From contig JBFJHJ010000011.1 in the NCBI GenBank assembly GCA_041613315.1, positions 1 to 64,000 on the forward strand: 64,000 nucleotides of DNA, in the 5' to 3' direction. The first letter of the stretch is position 1. Each line of letters opens with the position of its first letter. Positions 33,753 to 42,161 of the stretch are shown here, in pieces. This stretch comes from Gemmatimonadales bacterium (GTDB lineage: Bacteria; Gemmatimonadota; Gemmatimonadetes; Gemmatimonadales; GWC2-71-9). The position numbers and the translations under genes were made by a program. A model generated the notes under the pieces. It saw nothing but the letters and a program-made list of their open reading frames with translations, was not told the DNA's origin and ran no database searches.

Positions 33753-34760
33753 CTAGAAGACCGAGAACTTGAAGTATTTCCGCGGGTTGCGCTCGATGTC
33801 CGCCAACAGCTGGCGCAGTTGGATCACGGTCGCCGTGGCCTCGCGGTAGAGGGTCGAGTCCGACAGCAGGAGCCCGAGCGTGCCCCGGCCGTCTTGCAGG
33901 CGGGAGATCACGGTGTCGGCGCCCTGGATGACGCGCACGATGCTCGCCTGGTTCTCCCGCGCGACGGCGATGAGCTCCCGGAAATCCTGCGACGCTTCAC
34001 GCACACGGGCGGAGGCGGTGGCCGCGTTGTCCAGGATCGTCGTGAGCTCGCCCTGCTCGGTGGCCTCGTCCACGCGGGCCAATGACGTCTGGAGCCGCCG
34101 CGCGGCGTCCGCCAGCACGTCGGAGCCTTCCCGAAGATTGCTGCCGACCTCGCCCATGAGCGTGGCCTGCTGCTCGGTGAGCCGGTTGATGTTGTCCACG
34201 ACGCCGCCGAAATCCCGAATCGCTTCCTGGAGCTCCCGCACCGCCTGGGAGTCGAACACCGTCTGCACCCGCGAGGACACCGTCTGGATGTCGGTGGCGA
34301 TCCGGTTCGCCTGAGCGGTGAGCTGCCCGATGTCGGGGAGTGTCGAGCCCGGCCAGGCGTCTTCCCCCTCGGCCAGCGCCTCCTCGAGGTCGCGGCGCAC
34401 GTTGGGGTCGTCGATCGTCTGGTCGCGGCTGATGATCCCGGCCTGCCACTCGCCGAAGAGCGAGGCGGACGCGGCGATCACGGCCGGGTTGGCGGGGAGC
34501 GCCACGCCCTCGTAGATCTCCAGCTGCGCTTCGACCCAGTTGCGCTCGCCGAGGCGGATCTCGCGGACCCGACCCACCCGGACCCCGCGCAGCACGACGG
34601 GCGCGCCGGCGGTCAGTCCTCCCACCGTGCCAAAGCGCGCTCGGTGCAGCTCGGCGCGGCCCGCGAGATGCGCCTGGGAGAGCCACAGCGCGCCCGCCAC
34701 CACCACGCCCGCCGCGATCAGGATCGTCGCGCCGACGACCAGCTCGTCCCGCCGCTTCAC
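33753..34760 (-). CDS. mlaD: MlaD/MCE-domain protein
   Basis: N-terminal TM, GLTAGAPVVLRGVRVGRV, coiled coil, GTLGLLL..D.TLY. Confidence 0.85.
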   Translation of the reverse strand: MKRRDELVVGATILIAAGVVVAGALWLSQAHLAGRAELHRARFGTVGGLTAGAPVVLRGVRVGRVREIRLGERNWVEAQLEIYEGVALPANPAVIAASASLFGEWQAGIISRDQTIDDPNVRRDLEEALAEGEDAWPGSTLPDIGQLTAQANRIATDIQTVSSRVQTVFDSQAVRELQEAIRDFGGVVDNINRLTEQQATLMGEVGSNLREGSDVLADAARRLQTSLARVDEATEQGELTTILDNAATASARVREASQDFRELIAVARENQASIVRVIQGADTVISRLQDGRGTLGLLLSDSTLYREATATVIQLRQLLADIERNPRKYFKFSVF

Positions 34761-35524
34761 GACCCCACCCCCCGGGCCGCGCCCTCGGCGTCCGCGGCCG
34801 CCTCGGGCCGCCCCTCGATGAACTGCCGCACGATGGGGTCGTGCGTCCGGCGGATCTGGTCCACCGTCCCCACCTGCCGCACGCTGCCGCGATAGAGCAT
34901 CGCGATACGGTCCCCCACGGTGTAGGCGCTCTGCATGTCGTGGGTCACCACGATTCCGGTCGCGCCAAGCCTCTCGCGGGTGCGGATCATCAACTGGTTG
35001 ATCACCGCCGAGGTCACCGGGTCGAGTCCCGTCGTCGGCTCGTCGTACAGAATGTACCGCGGCTTGAGCGCGATTGCGCGGGCGATGCCCACGCGTTTGC
35101 GCATCCCGCCGGACAGCTCCGCCGGATACTCGTTCTCGACGTCGATCAACTCGACGAGGTCGAGGGACTCCGCGACTCGGGCGGCGATCTCCCGCTCGCC
35201 CAGGCGCTGTCGGAGCAGCCCGAGCGTGAGGTTCTCCCGCACGGTCATCGAGTCGAACAGCGCGGCGAACTGAAACACGAACCCGATCTGCGCGCGGAGC
35301 GCCGTCAGCCCCTCGCGGTCCAGCTGGTGGACAACCCGGCCGTCCACCACCACCTCGCCCCGGTCGGGCTCCAGCAGCCCGACGACGTGCTTCAAGGCCA
35401 CGCTCTTCCCGCTGCCCGAGTAGCCCAGGATCACCATCGTTTCGCCGTCCTGGACCTCGAGGGAGAAGTCGTCGAGGACGCGTTTGGGGCCGAAGCTCTT
35501 GGACACGTGCTGAAAAGCGATCAC
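34757..35524 (-). CDS. mlaF: MlaF-type ABC ATPase
   Basis: GYSGSGKS, FQFAALFDSM, LSGGMRKRV, YDEPTTGLDP. Confidence 0.9.
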   Translation of the reverse strand: MIAFQHVSKSFGPKRVLDDFSLEVQDGETMVILGYSGSGKSVALKHVVGLLEPDRGEVVVDGRVVHQLDREGLTALRAQIGFVFQFAALFDSMTVRENLTLGLLRQRLGEREIAARVAESLDLVELIDVENEYPAELSGGMRKRVGIARAIALKPRYILYDEPTTGLDPVTSAVINQLMIRTRERLGATGIVVTHDMQSAYTVGDRIAMLYRGSVRQVGTVDQIRRTHDPIVRQFIEGRPEAAADAEGAARGVGS

Positions 35525-35546
35525 CGCCCCGCTCCGGTGGTCCGCC

Positions 35547-36308
35547 TCACAGGAGCACCACGGCCCAAAACGCGTCGAGCACGAGGATCATCTCGGCGCT
35601 CAGGACCACGGCCCCAGTGGTCTCGCGGCCCACACCCGCAGCGCCGCCGCCGGTGCGCAGGCCCTTCACGCAGCCGATAAGCGCGATCACCATCCCGAAG
35701 GAGGCGCTCTTCACGAGGCCGAACCAGACGTCTTTCGCCTGGTAGAAGAGCCGTAGCCCCTTGATGAACTCCGCCGTCGACAGATCCAGCAGGTTGATCG
35801 CGGTGACCCAGCCGGCGGCGACGCCGACCAGCATGGAGAGCGCCACCACGACCGGGAACATCAACGTAGCGGCGAGGACCCGCGGCACGACGAGATAGGC
35901 GTAGGGGTCGTACGCGAGGGTTTCCAGCGCATCCACTTGCTCGGTCACGCGCATCGTGCCGAGCTCCGCGGCGATGTTCGCGCCGACGCGGCCCGCCAGC
36001 GCGAGGCCCACGAGCACTGGGGCCAACTCGAGCATGACGGTCTTGCCCACCAGGGTGCCCACGAAGTACAGCGGGACCGCGCCGGAGAAACTGTAGCGGG
36101 ATTGGAGAGCGAGGACGATGCCGGTGAAGCTCGAGATGAAGAGGGCGATCGGAACCGATTGCACACCGATGCGCCGCATTTGCACGACGAGGAGGCGGGC
36201 CCACACGTCGACGTCGCGCAGGCTGGTGGCGACATCGGAGAAGAAATGGCCCAAGCGTCCGAGCGCCTGGAGCCACCCCGTGACACGGACGGCGACGAGG
36301 TTTTGCAC
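35547..36308 (-). CDS. mlaE: MlaE-type ABC permease
   Basis: ELAPVL..LALAGRVG..AAELGTMRVTEQVDALE. Confidence 0.92.
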   Translation of the reverse strand: MQNLVAVRVTGWLQALGRLGHFFSDVATSLRDVDVWARLLVVQMRRIGVQSVPIALFISSFTGIVLALQSRYSFSGAVPLYFVGTLVGKTVMLELAPVLVGLALAGRVGANIAAELGTMRVTEQVDALETLAYDPYAYLVVPRVLAATLMFPVVVALSMLVGVAAGWVTAINLLDLSTAEFIKGLRLFYQAKDVWFGLVKSASFGMVIALIGCVKGLRTGGGAAGVGRETTGAVVLSAEMILVLDAFWAVVLL

Positions 36309-36439
36309 GGGGCGAATTTAGGCCGGGGTCGAGGGGGCGGCTAGTGGAACTGACGGGCGCACGCCCACGCCGCGAACGACGGTGGCCGCCCGCCGCGGGC
36401 GGCGCGGCGCCGAGCAAGGTCGGCGCCGCAGTGGGAATG

Positions 36440-37330
36440 TTACGCCGTGAAGCTCGCCAGCGCCTTCCCCACGTCGCCTTCGCGCAGCCGCTTGAGCGCC
36501 CGATCGCGGAGCTGCCGCACACGCTCGCGGGTGACGCCGAGCATACCGCCGATCTCCTCGAGGGTGTGCTCGCGCCCGCCGTCGAGACCGAAGTACAGCC
36601 GCAGCACCTTGGCATCGCGCGCCGGGAGCGTCCTGAGCGCCTGTTCCACCTCATCGCTCAAGAACCGCTCCATCGTCGCTTCCTCGGTGTCCGGCAGATC
36701 CTCGGCGATGAACCGCTCGATCAACGAACGGTCGCCGTCCGGGTCGAGGGGCGCATCGAGCCGCACCTCGCCCGTGTTGAGAGCCGCCAGCGACTGCACC
36801 ACCTCGAGCGACAGACCGGTCGCCGACGAGATCTCCTCCGGCGTGGGCTCGCGCCTGAGCTCCTGCCGGAGCGCCTCCGCGGTCTTGACGATCTTCGAGA
36901 GATCGGCCGTGCGGTTGAGCGGCACGCGAACCGTCCGGCCCTGCCGCGCGAGGGAGGCCAGGATCGCCTGGCGGATCCACCACACGGCATACGAGATGAA
37001 CTTCACGCCCTGGTCCGGATCGAACTTCCGCGCCGCGGTCAGGAGCCCCACGTTGCCCTCACCGATCAGATCGGTGAGCGGGAGGCCCCGATTCTGGTAC
37101 TTCTTCGCCACGGAAATGACGAACCGGAGGTTGCGCTTGGCCAACTCCTGCATCGCCTCGGTGTCGCCCTGGCGCACACGCTTCGCGAGGGCGATCTCCT
37201 CAGGCGGCTTGAGGAGCGGCGTCTTGCTCACCTCGAACAAGTATTGGTCGAGCAGATCGCGGTCGTCCTCGTTGACGGCGATCGCCGCCGCCGTGCGCCG
37301 ACGCCGCGTCTGCTTCTCGCGCTTCACCAT
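36440..37330 (-). CDS. RpoD/SigA-family sigma factor, short form lacking region 1.1
   Basis: NLRFVISVAKKY, DLIGEGNVGL, KFISYAVWWIRQ, TLEEIG..LGVTRERVRQ. Confidence 0.93.
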   Translation of the reverse strand: MVKREKQTRRRRTAAAIAVNEDDRDLLDQYLFEVSKTPLLKPPEEIALAKRVRQGDTEAMQELAKRNLRFVISVAKKYQNRGLPLTDLIGEGNVGLLTAARKFDPDQGVKFISYAVWWIRQAILASLARQGRTVRVPLNRTADLSKIVKTAEALRQELRREPTPEEISSATGLSLEVVQSLAALNTGEVRLDAPLDPDGDRSLIERFIAEDLPDTEEATMERFLSDEVEQALRTLPARDAKVLRLYFGLDGGREHTLEEIGGMLGVTRERVRQLRDRALKRLREGDVGKALASFTA

Positions 37331-37460
37331 GTCGTCGATCTATCCCTATTGTACGCCGGCCGCCGCTGAGGCAGTCGGCGGGAGGTACCTGCCCAAACTC
37401 CGTCCACGGCGCTCATACCCCAGAGGCCGGGCGGAGGTTCACGAAGGCCCCAGGAGCTGC

Positions 37461-37489
37461 TTGACACTACCAAAACGCCCGGCTAGCTT
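37461..37489 (+). promoter_or_regulatory. Promoter of tRNA-Ala
   Basis: TTGACA-N17-TAGCTT. Confidence 0.65.
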
Positions 37490-37531
37490 GCCAAGTTCCC
37501 TGGCGTTCGGACCCGGGGCGCCTAATATAAT

Positions 37532-37604
37532 GGGGGCGTAGCTCAGTTGGGAGAGCGCGTGAATGGCATTCACGAGGTCAGGGGTTCGATCCCCCTCGCC
37601 TCCA
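37532..37604 (+). tRNA. tRNA-Ala(GGC)
   Basis: Cloverleaf, G3-U70, anticodon loop ATGGCAT; CCA not encoded. Confidence 0.96.
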
Positions 37605-37794
37605 TCGCCGCCGCCGCCCGGACACGCAGGCGCTTGCACGATCACGGGGAGCTCCAGACGCTCCGCCGCAGGTCAGCATGTGGCGGCGATCACGCTTGAC
37701 GCGCTCCAAGACGTGACAGGGGCGATCTCGCGATTAGATTTCCGCGTGGCGGAACGTTGAGCATCTGAGCATCGCATCGTGCGTCTGGCGTGTC

Positions 37795-37867
37795 GCGGGA
37801 ATAGCTCAGTTGGTAGAGCACAACCTTGCCAAGGTTGGGGTCGCGGGTTCGAGTCCCGTTTCCCGCT
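37795..37867 (+). tRNA. tRNA-Gly(GCC)
   Basis: GCGGGAA/TTCCCGC acceptor stem, anticodon GCC, GTTCGAGTC. Confidence 0.96.
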
Positions 37868-37928
37868 CTCGGGGGCAGGGCTCACGCCCTGACCCTTCGG
37901 ATGGAGGCGGCGGACGCCGCCGACTCGG

Positions 37929-38002
37929 CGCGGGGTGGAGCAGTCTGGTAGCTCGCCGGGCTCATAACCCGGAGGTCGTGGGTTCAAATCCCACCCCCGC
38001 TA
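37929..38002 (+). tRNA. Initiator tRNA-fMet(CAT)
   Basis: C1:U72 mismatch, GGG/CCC anticodon-stem pairs, anticodon CAT. Confidence 0.95.
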
Positions 38003-38011
38003 TTGCAGGCC

Positions 38012-38069
38012 GACGGGCGGACAGGCGGTCCGCGAGGCACCACGCCATCTGACCGCCTGCCCGCCCGTC
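38012..38069. repeat. Octamer-based inverted repeat (19-bp arms)
   Basis: GACGGGCGGACAGGCGGTC ... GACCGCCTGCCCGCCCGTC, 18/19 complementary. Confidence 0.75.
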
Positions 38070-38085
38070 CGTCTGTCCGACCCCG

Positions 38086-38159
38086 GGGCGGTTAGCTCAG
38101 TTGGTTAGAGCGCCACGTTGACATCGTGGAGGTCACTAGTTCGAGTCTAGTACCGCCCA
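38086..38159 (+). tRNA. tRNA-Val(GAC)
   Basis: GGGCGGT/ACCGCCC acceptor stem, CCACG-TTGACAT-CGTGG. Confidence 0.95.
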
Positions 38160-38163
38160 CTCC

Positions 38164-38237
38164 GCGCCCTTAGCTCAACTGGATAGAGCGTTTGGCTACG
38201 GACCAAAAGGTTGGGGGTTCGAGTCCTCCAGGGCGCA
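38164..38237 (+). tRNA. tRNA-Arg(ACG)
   Basis: GCGCCCT/AGGGCGC acceptor stem, TTTGG-CTACGGA-CCAAA. Confidence 0.95.
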
Positions 38238-38360
38238 CTGACAGCCACAATCCGCACTCGGCAGTCCGCCGACCGGCCCGTCGGGGCCACGACGTTTTCC
38301 CGACGGCTGCGCGCCCGAACACTCCGGAATGCTGATTGCGGATCGCCAATTGCCGTTGTT

Positions 38361-38434
38361 CGGGGCGTAGCGCAGCTCGGTAGCGCGCCTGCTTCGGGAG
38401 CAGGAGGTCGCCGGTTCAAATCCGGCCGCCCCGA
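38361..38434 (+). tRNA. tRNA-Pro(CGG)
   Basis: CGGGGCG/CGCCCCG acceptor stem, CCTGC-TTCGGGA-GCAGG. Confidence 0.95.
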
Positions 38435-38462
38435 CTCCGATCGACCGTCAAAGTGCGTCGGG

Positions 38463-39209
38463 TTACTTGGAAACGCTCGGGCCGGCCAGCGTGAGCGGCG
38501 CGGCGCAAACCCCCGGCGCCACCACCGCCTCCCACCACCCCTCCTCAGTCGCGACCCGCTCCGGCCGACCCTGGACCCCATGGTCCTGGGCGCCGGCCGT
38601 CACAGACGACTCGCATCCGCGCAGCAGGACACACGCGGCGATGCCGCGCAACGCTCCGCTGCACACCGCGGCACTCACCTCGACAGGATCTCCCCACATA
38701 CTCCCGGGCCGCGGAAGCAGAACGGGCACCCGAGCCGCGCGGCTCAGCTCCCAGCGCGTCCACCAACACGCAACGTCGGCGTTCACCTGGACGAACTGGA
38801 GCGGCGGCGCGTGCGGCCGGAGCGCCTCGCGAATGTCAATCCCGGAGAGGTAGCACGCGTATTCCGGCGCAGGCTCCCCCCGCTGCGGATGGTTGTGCCA
38901 CAGGGCGAGGGTGGCCACTGGGCACGAGCGATAGACCACCGAGTTGGGAGTGCTGGCATCGATCGGTGGTTGCCAGGCGAGGTCGATATAGGCGCTGTCT
39001 CCCTGCACGGCGCCGATGAGACAGCGCACCGTCTCGACGTGCAGCGTATCGGCCAACGCCCCGAGCTCGTGCAAGACATGGGGGGCGATCACGAGACGCA
39101 GCGCCTCCGCGGGCTTGGCCGCACGGGTGTCCGCCTGAGTGCTCGCCTGCTGCACACGCAGCGGGACGACGAGCGTCGCGGCCAGGACCACCACAGTTAG
39201 GCGTCTCAT
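38463..39209 (-). CDS. Exported hypothetical protein with JAB/MPN (JAMM)-like motif
   Basis: Signal peptide; ETVRCLIG; LWHNHP...LSGID; GGAG SD. Confidence 0.6.
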   Translation of the reverse strand: MRRLTVVVLAATLVVPLRVQQASTQADTRAAKPAEALRLVIAPHVLHELGALADTLHVETVRCLIGAVQGDSAYIDLAWQPPIDASTPNSVVYRSCPVATLALWHNHPQRGEPAPEYACYLSGIDIREALRPHAPPLQFVQVNADVACWWTRWELSRAARVPVLLPRPGSMWGDPVEVSAAVCSGALRGIAACVLLRGCESSVTAGAQDHGVQGRPERVATEEGWWEAVVAPGVCAAPLTLAGPSVSK

Positions 39210-39266
39210 GTCTCCAGCCTCCTGGATCCGGGCCTCCTCGGTGAGGCCCTCCAGGAGTGATGAAGG

Positions 39267-39281
39267 GCACGTTGCATGCCA
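39267..39281 (-). promoter_or_regulatory. Putative sigma54 (-24/-12) promoter
   Basis: TGGCATGCAACGTGC: GG-N10-GC, 58 nt upstream of ATG 39209. Confidence 0.5.
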
Positions 39282-39611
39282 TGCGCCGCCTCGTAGTGCG
39301 ACGCCATAAGTCGGTGCGGTAAAATGATTTATTGGATTACCACTGGACGGCAGAAGCCAGCAAGCCTGTGCCGCGTTACGGTACGGTAACTAACCTCGGG
39401 ACGGGCAGGACTCGGGCGATCGACGCCCCGGGGCAGGGGGCCCGATGCTCGCGCGGCGTTCTTTACGCGTTTGGGCTCGGCTTTACCGGGGTGTCGGGCC
39501 GGGGTACCTTCTTTGGCAGGAGCGTCGGCACGGGCTCGACTCAGGCAGCCCCGGGGAGCGGGTGGTGGATGCACATCAGCGGTGCCGTGCTCGGACTCGC
39601 CCTACCGTTTC

Positions 39612-39685
<74 letters not shown>

Positions 39686-39695
39686 TCACGGAACG

Positions 39696-39734
39696 AACGG
39701 CCCTGCAACGGGTTGGACCGCTGCGGGGCCGTTT
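39696..39734. terminator. Hairpin terminator between tRNA-Arg and the convergent kinase gene
   Basis: AACGGCCCTGCA/TGCGGGGCCGTT 12-bp stem with short T tract. Confidence 0.55.
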
Positions 39735-39832
39735 GCCATGACCCATGGTCGGACGGCCGCGCCGGTCTCGGGACCCGAAGCGTCGTGGGCCGCCCGCCGT
39801 TCCACCCTCGGCCGAGGCCGCGGCGGCATCCG

Positions 39833-41983
39833 TCATTCCGACCACAGCAGCGCCTGGAACCGTGGATCGTCCCGTAGGGAATCGAGATCGGGATCGTGCT
39901 CGATCCAGTCGCGATTGGCGAACCCCACTCGAAACGCCTCTTCCAGACATGCGATCGCCCGGTCGTGCTCCCCCTCGAGTGCGAACAGACACGCCACGTT
40001 ATAGCGCACGCTTGCGTCCTCGACATCCACCGCGAGCGCCCGCTCAGCCCACTCGAGACCGCGCGCGCGGTCCCCGATCCGGCTGAACGAGACGGCTCCC
40101 ATCGTGATCGCCCGTGCGTCATCGGGGTTGAGCGCCAGGTGCCGCTCGATCACCGGGAGCGCGCGCCGGTAGGCTGAGTCGGCCGCATTTGCTTGACCCA
40201 TCGCGGAGTAGCTCTGCGCCGCGAAATAGCGCGCTTCATGATCCTCCCGGACGCCGCACGCCTCCTCGAACAGCCGCGCCGCCTCAACCAGCCGTCCCTG
40301 CTGATAGCACGCGCGTGCCCATACGTAGCGCGCCTCGAACTGCTGCGGCTCCAGCTCAATCGCCCTCCGGAACGCGCGCTCCGCCTCTCTGTCACGACCC
40401 ATGAGCCAGAGCACGAACCCGCGGGCGGCGTGCGCTTCCGGGAGGCTCGGATCGAGCTCCAGCGCCTTCCGACTCGCCGCGTCCGCCTGCTCCAGGTTCC
40501 TGCGGCGATGGGCATCCCGATAGAGGTGGACCAGGAAGGAGCAGCAGTCCGCGATGCCGGCGTAGGCACGGGCATATCTCGCATCGACCCGAATCGCGCG
40601 CTTGAACATCTGGCGCGCAAAGATAAAGCCCTTCTTGCGGCGTTGGTGGAAGAACTGGAGCCCACGAAGGTAGAAATCGTACGCCTTCACCTCGGCCGTT
40701 GGCGCCTTGGTCACGGCGCGCCGCTCATCGTCTCGCAGCATCACCCGCAGGGACCGGGCGATACTCGCCGCGATTTCATCTTGGATGGCGAACACGTCGA
40801 CCATCCCGCGATCATACCGCTCCGACCAGAGTTGATACCCGTCCGCGACCTTGACGAGCTGGGCCGCGATGCGAAGGCGCGTGCCGGCCTTGCGTACGCT
40901 CCCCTCCAGTACGGCGTAGACGTTCAGCATCTCACCGATGGCCCGGATGTCCTCGTGCTTCGCCTTGAACGCAAAAGCCGACGTGCGCGACGCGACGCGG
41001 AGTCCCACGATCTTGCTGAGGGCGTTGATGATCTCCTCGGCGATACCGTCCCCCAGGTAGTCGTTCTCGGCGTCGCCGCTCAGGTTAACGAAGGGCAAGA
41101 CCGCGACCGCTGTGATGGCGTCGTCCTGCATCGGCGTCACGAGCGCCTCCGCGAACGCCCGCAGGGTCGCGAAGCGGTCCGCCGGTGCCTTGGCGAGGGC
41201 GGTCGTCACTGCCCGGGTGACGTGCGCGGGCACGCCCGGGCGCACGGTCACGAGCGGCGGAATGGCGTCCATCACATGGCGGGCGAGCACCGCCCGCGCC
41301 TGGCGTCCCATGAACGGCGGCTGTCCCGCGAGCATCTCATACAGCACACAGCCCAGCGCGTACTGATCGGCGCGGCCGTCGATTACCGTGTCGCCGCTCG
41401 CCTGCTCGGGGCTCATGTACTCCGGCGTCCCGATCGCGAGGCCGGCCTCCGTGATCGGCTCGTCGCCCGCTGCCGAGATGGCCCGGGCGATGCCGAAGTC
41501 CGTCACGACCGCATGGCCTTCCTCGAGGAGGATGTTCTCAGGCTTCACATCCCGGTGCACCACGCCGTGCTCATGGGCGCAGGCGAGTGCATCGGCGGTC
41601 TCACACGCCAGGGTGATGGCCGCCTCGAGCGGGAGCTGCCCCTCCCGAAGAAGGCGGTGCCGGAGCGATCCACCCGCCACGTACGGCATCACGTAGAAGA
41701 ACACGCCGTCCTCGACACCGGATTCGTGGAGCGGGAGGATGTGGGGGTGGGTGAGGCTCGCGGCGATCTCGATCTCGCGAACGAAGCGGCTGGCCGCGAG
41801 GGACGCCGAGAGGTCGGGGCGCAACATCTTCAGGGCGACATGGCGCCGATGCCGCAGATCCTGCGCCAAGTAGACGACCGCCATCCCCCCGGCGCCGAGC
41901 GGCCGCTCGACCGTGTAGCGATCGCCCAGGACCGCTTGCAGGCGGGCCAACGGGTTCGTTTCACCGGCGTTTGCGTGGGCCAC
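39833..41983 (-). CDS. Hanks-type Ser/Thr kinase with TolB_N-like and TPR domains
   Basis: GAGGMAVVY, VALK, HRDVKPEN, DFG, GTPEYMSPE; AVAVLPFVNLS; TPRs; start approximate. Confidence 0.9.
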   Translation of the reverse strand: MAHANAGETNPLARLQAVLGDRYTVERPLGAGGMAVVYLAQDLRHRRHVALKMLRPDLSASLAASRFVREIEIAASLTHPHILPLHESGVEDGVFFYVMPYVAGGSLRHRLLREGQLPLEAAITLACETADALACAHEHGVVHRDVKPENILLEEGHAVVTDFGIARAISAAGDEPITEAGLAIGTPEYMSPEQASGDTVIDGRADQYALGCVLYEMLAGQPPFMGRQARAVLARHVMDAIPPLVTVRPGVPAHVTRAVTTALAKAPADRFATLRAFAEALVTPMQDDAITAVAVLPFVNLSGDAENDYLGDGIAEEIINALSKIVGLRVASRTSAFAFKAKHEDIRAIGEMLNVYAVLEGSVRKAGTRLRIAAQLVKVADGYQLWSERYDRGMVDVFAIQDEIAASIARSLRVMLRDDERRAVTKAPTAEVKAYDFYLRGLQFFHQRRKKGFIFARQMFKRAIRVDARYARAYAGIADCCSFLVHLYRDAHRRRNLEQADAASRKALELDPSLPEAHAARGFVLWLMGRDREAERAFRRAIELEPQQFEARYVWARACYQQGRLVEAARLFEEACGVREDHEARYFAAQSYSAMGQANAADSAYRRALPVIERHLALNPDDARAITMGAVSFSRIGDRARGLEWAERALAVDVEDASVRYNVACLFALEGEHDRAIACLEEAFRVGFANRDWIEHDPDLDSLRDDPRFQALLWSE

Positions 41984-42161
41984 GGCGACCAACGAAGCAG
42001 TTCCGCAAAGTCCCGGCCGCACCCCACCCCAACGCGTAGCCTTCGCCCGATCACGTGAACCGGGAATGAATCGAAGGTGAACCACCGATTCACCGAAACC
42101 GGGGCGACGCGCGACGACGTGCCGCAAACCGCCGCGGCGCCCAACCGGTGGACGCCCGCCG

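Noticed and set aside
37563..37569. Unusual A32-U38 pair in tRNA-Ala(GGC)
   Set aside because: A known conserved feature of this isoacceptor, not novel
38005..38360. CRISPR array in the repeat-rich tRNA spacers
   Set aside because: Units are degenerate 7-8-mers in inverted orientation, with no repeat-spacer periodicity and no cas genes
39360..39372. Second sigma54-like site GGCACAGGCTTGC (minus strand)
   Set aside because: GG-to-GC spacing is 9 nt rather than the required 10
39833..41983. Kinase-TolB_N-TPR protein as a defence system
   Set aside because: A common architecture in this type of genome; no partner defence genes adjacent
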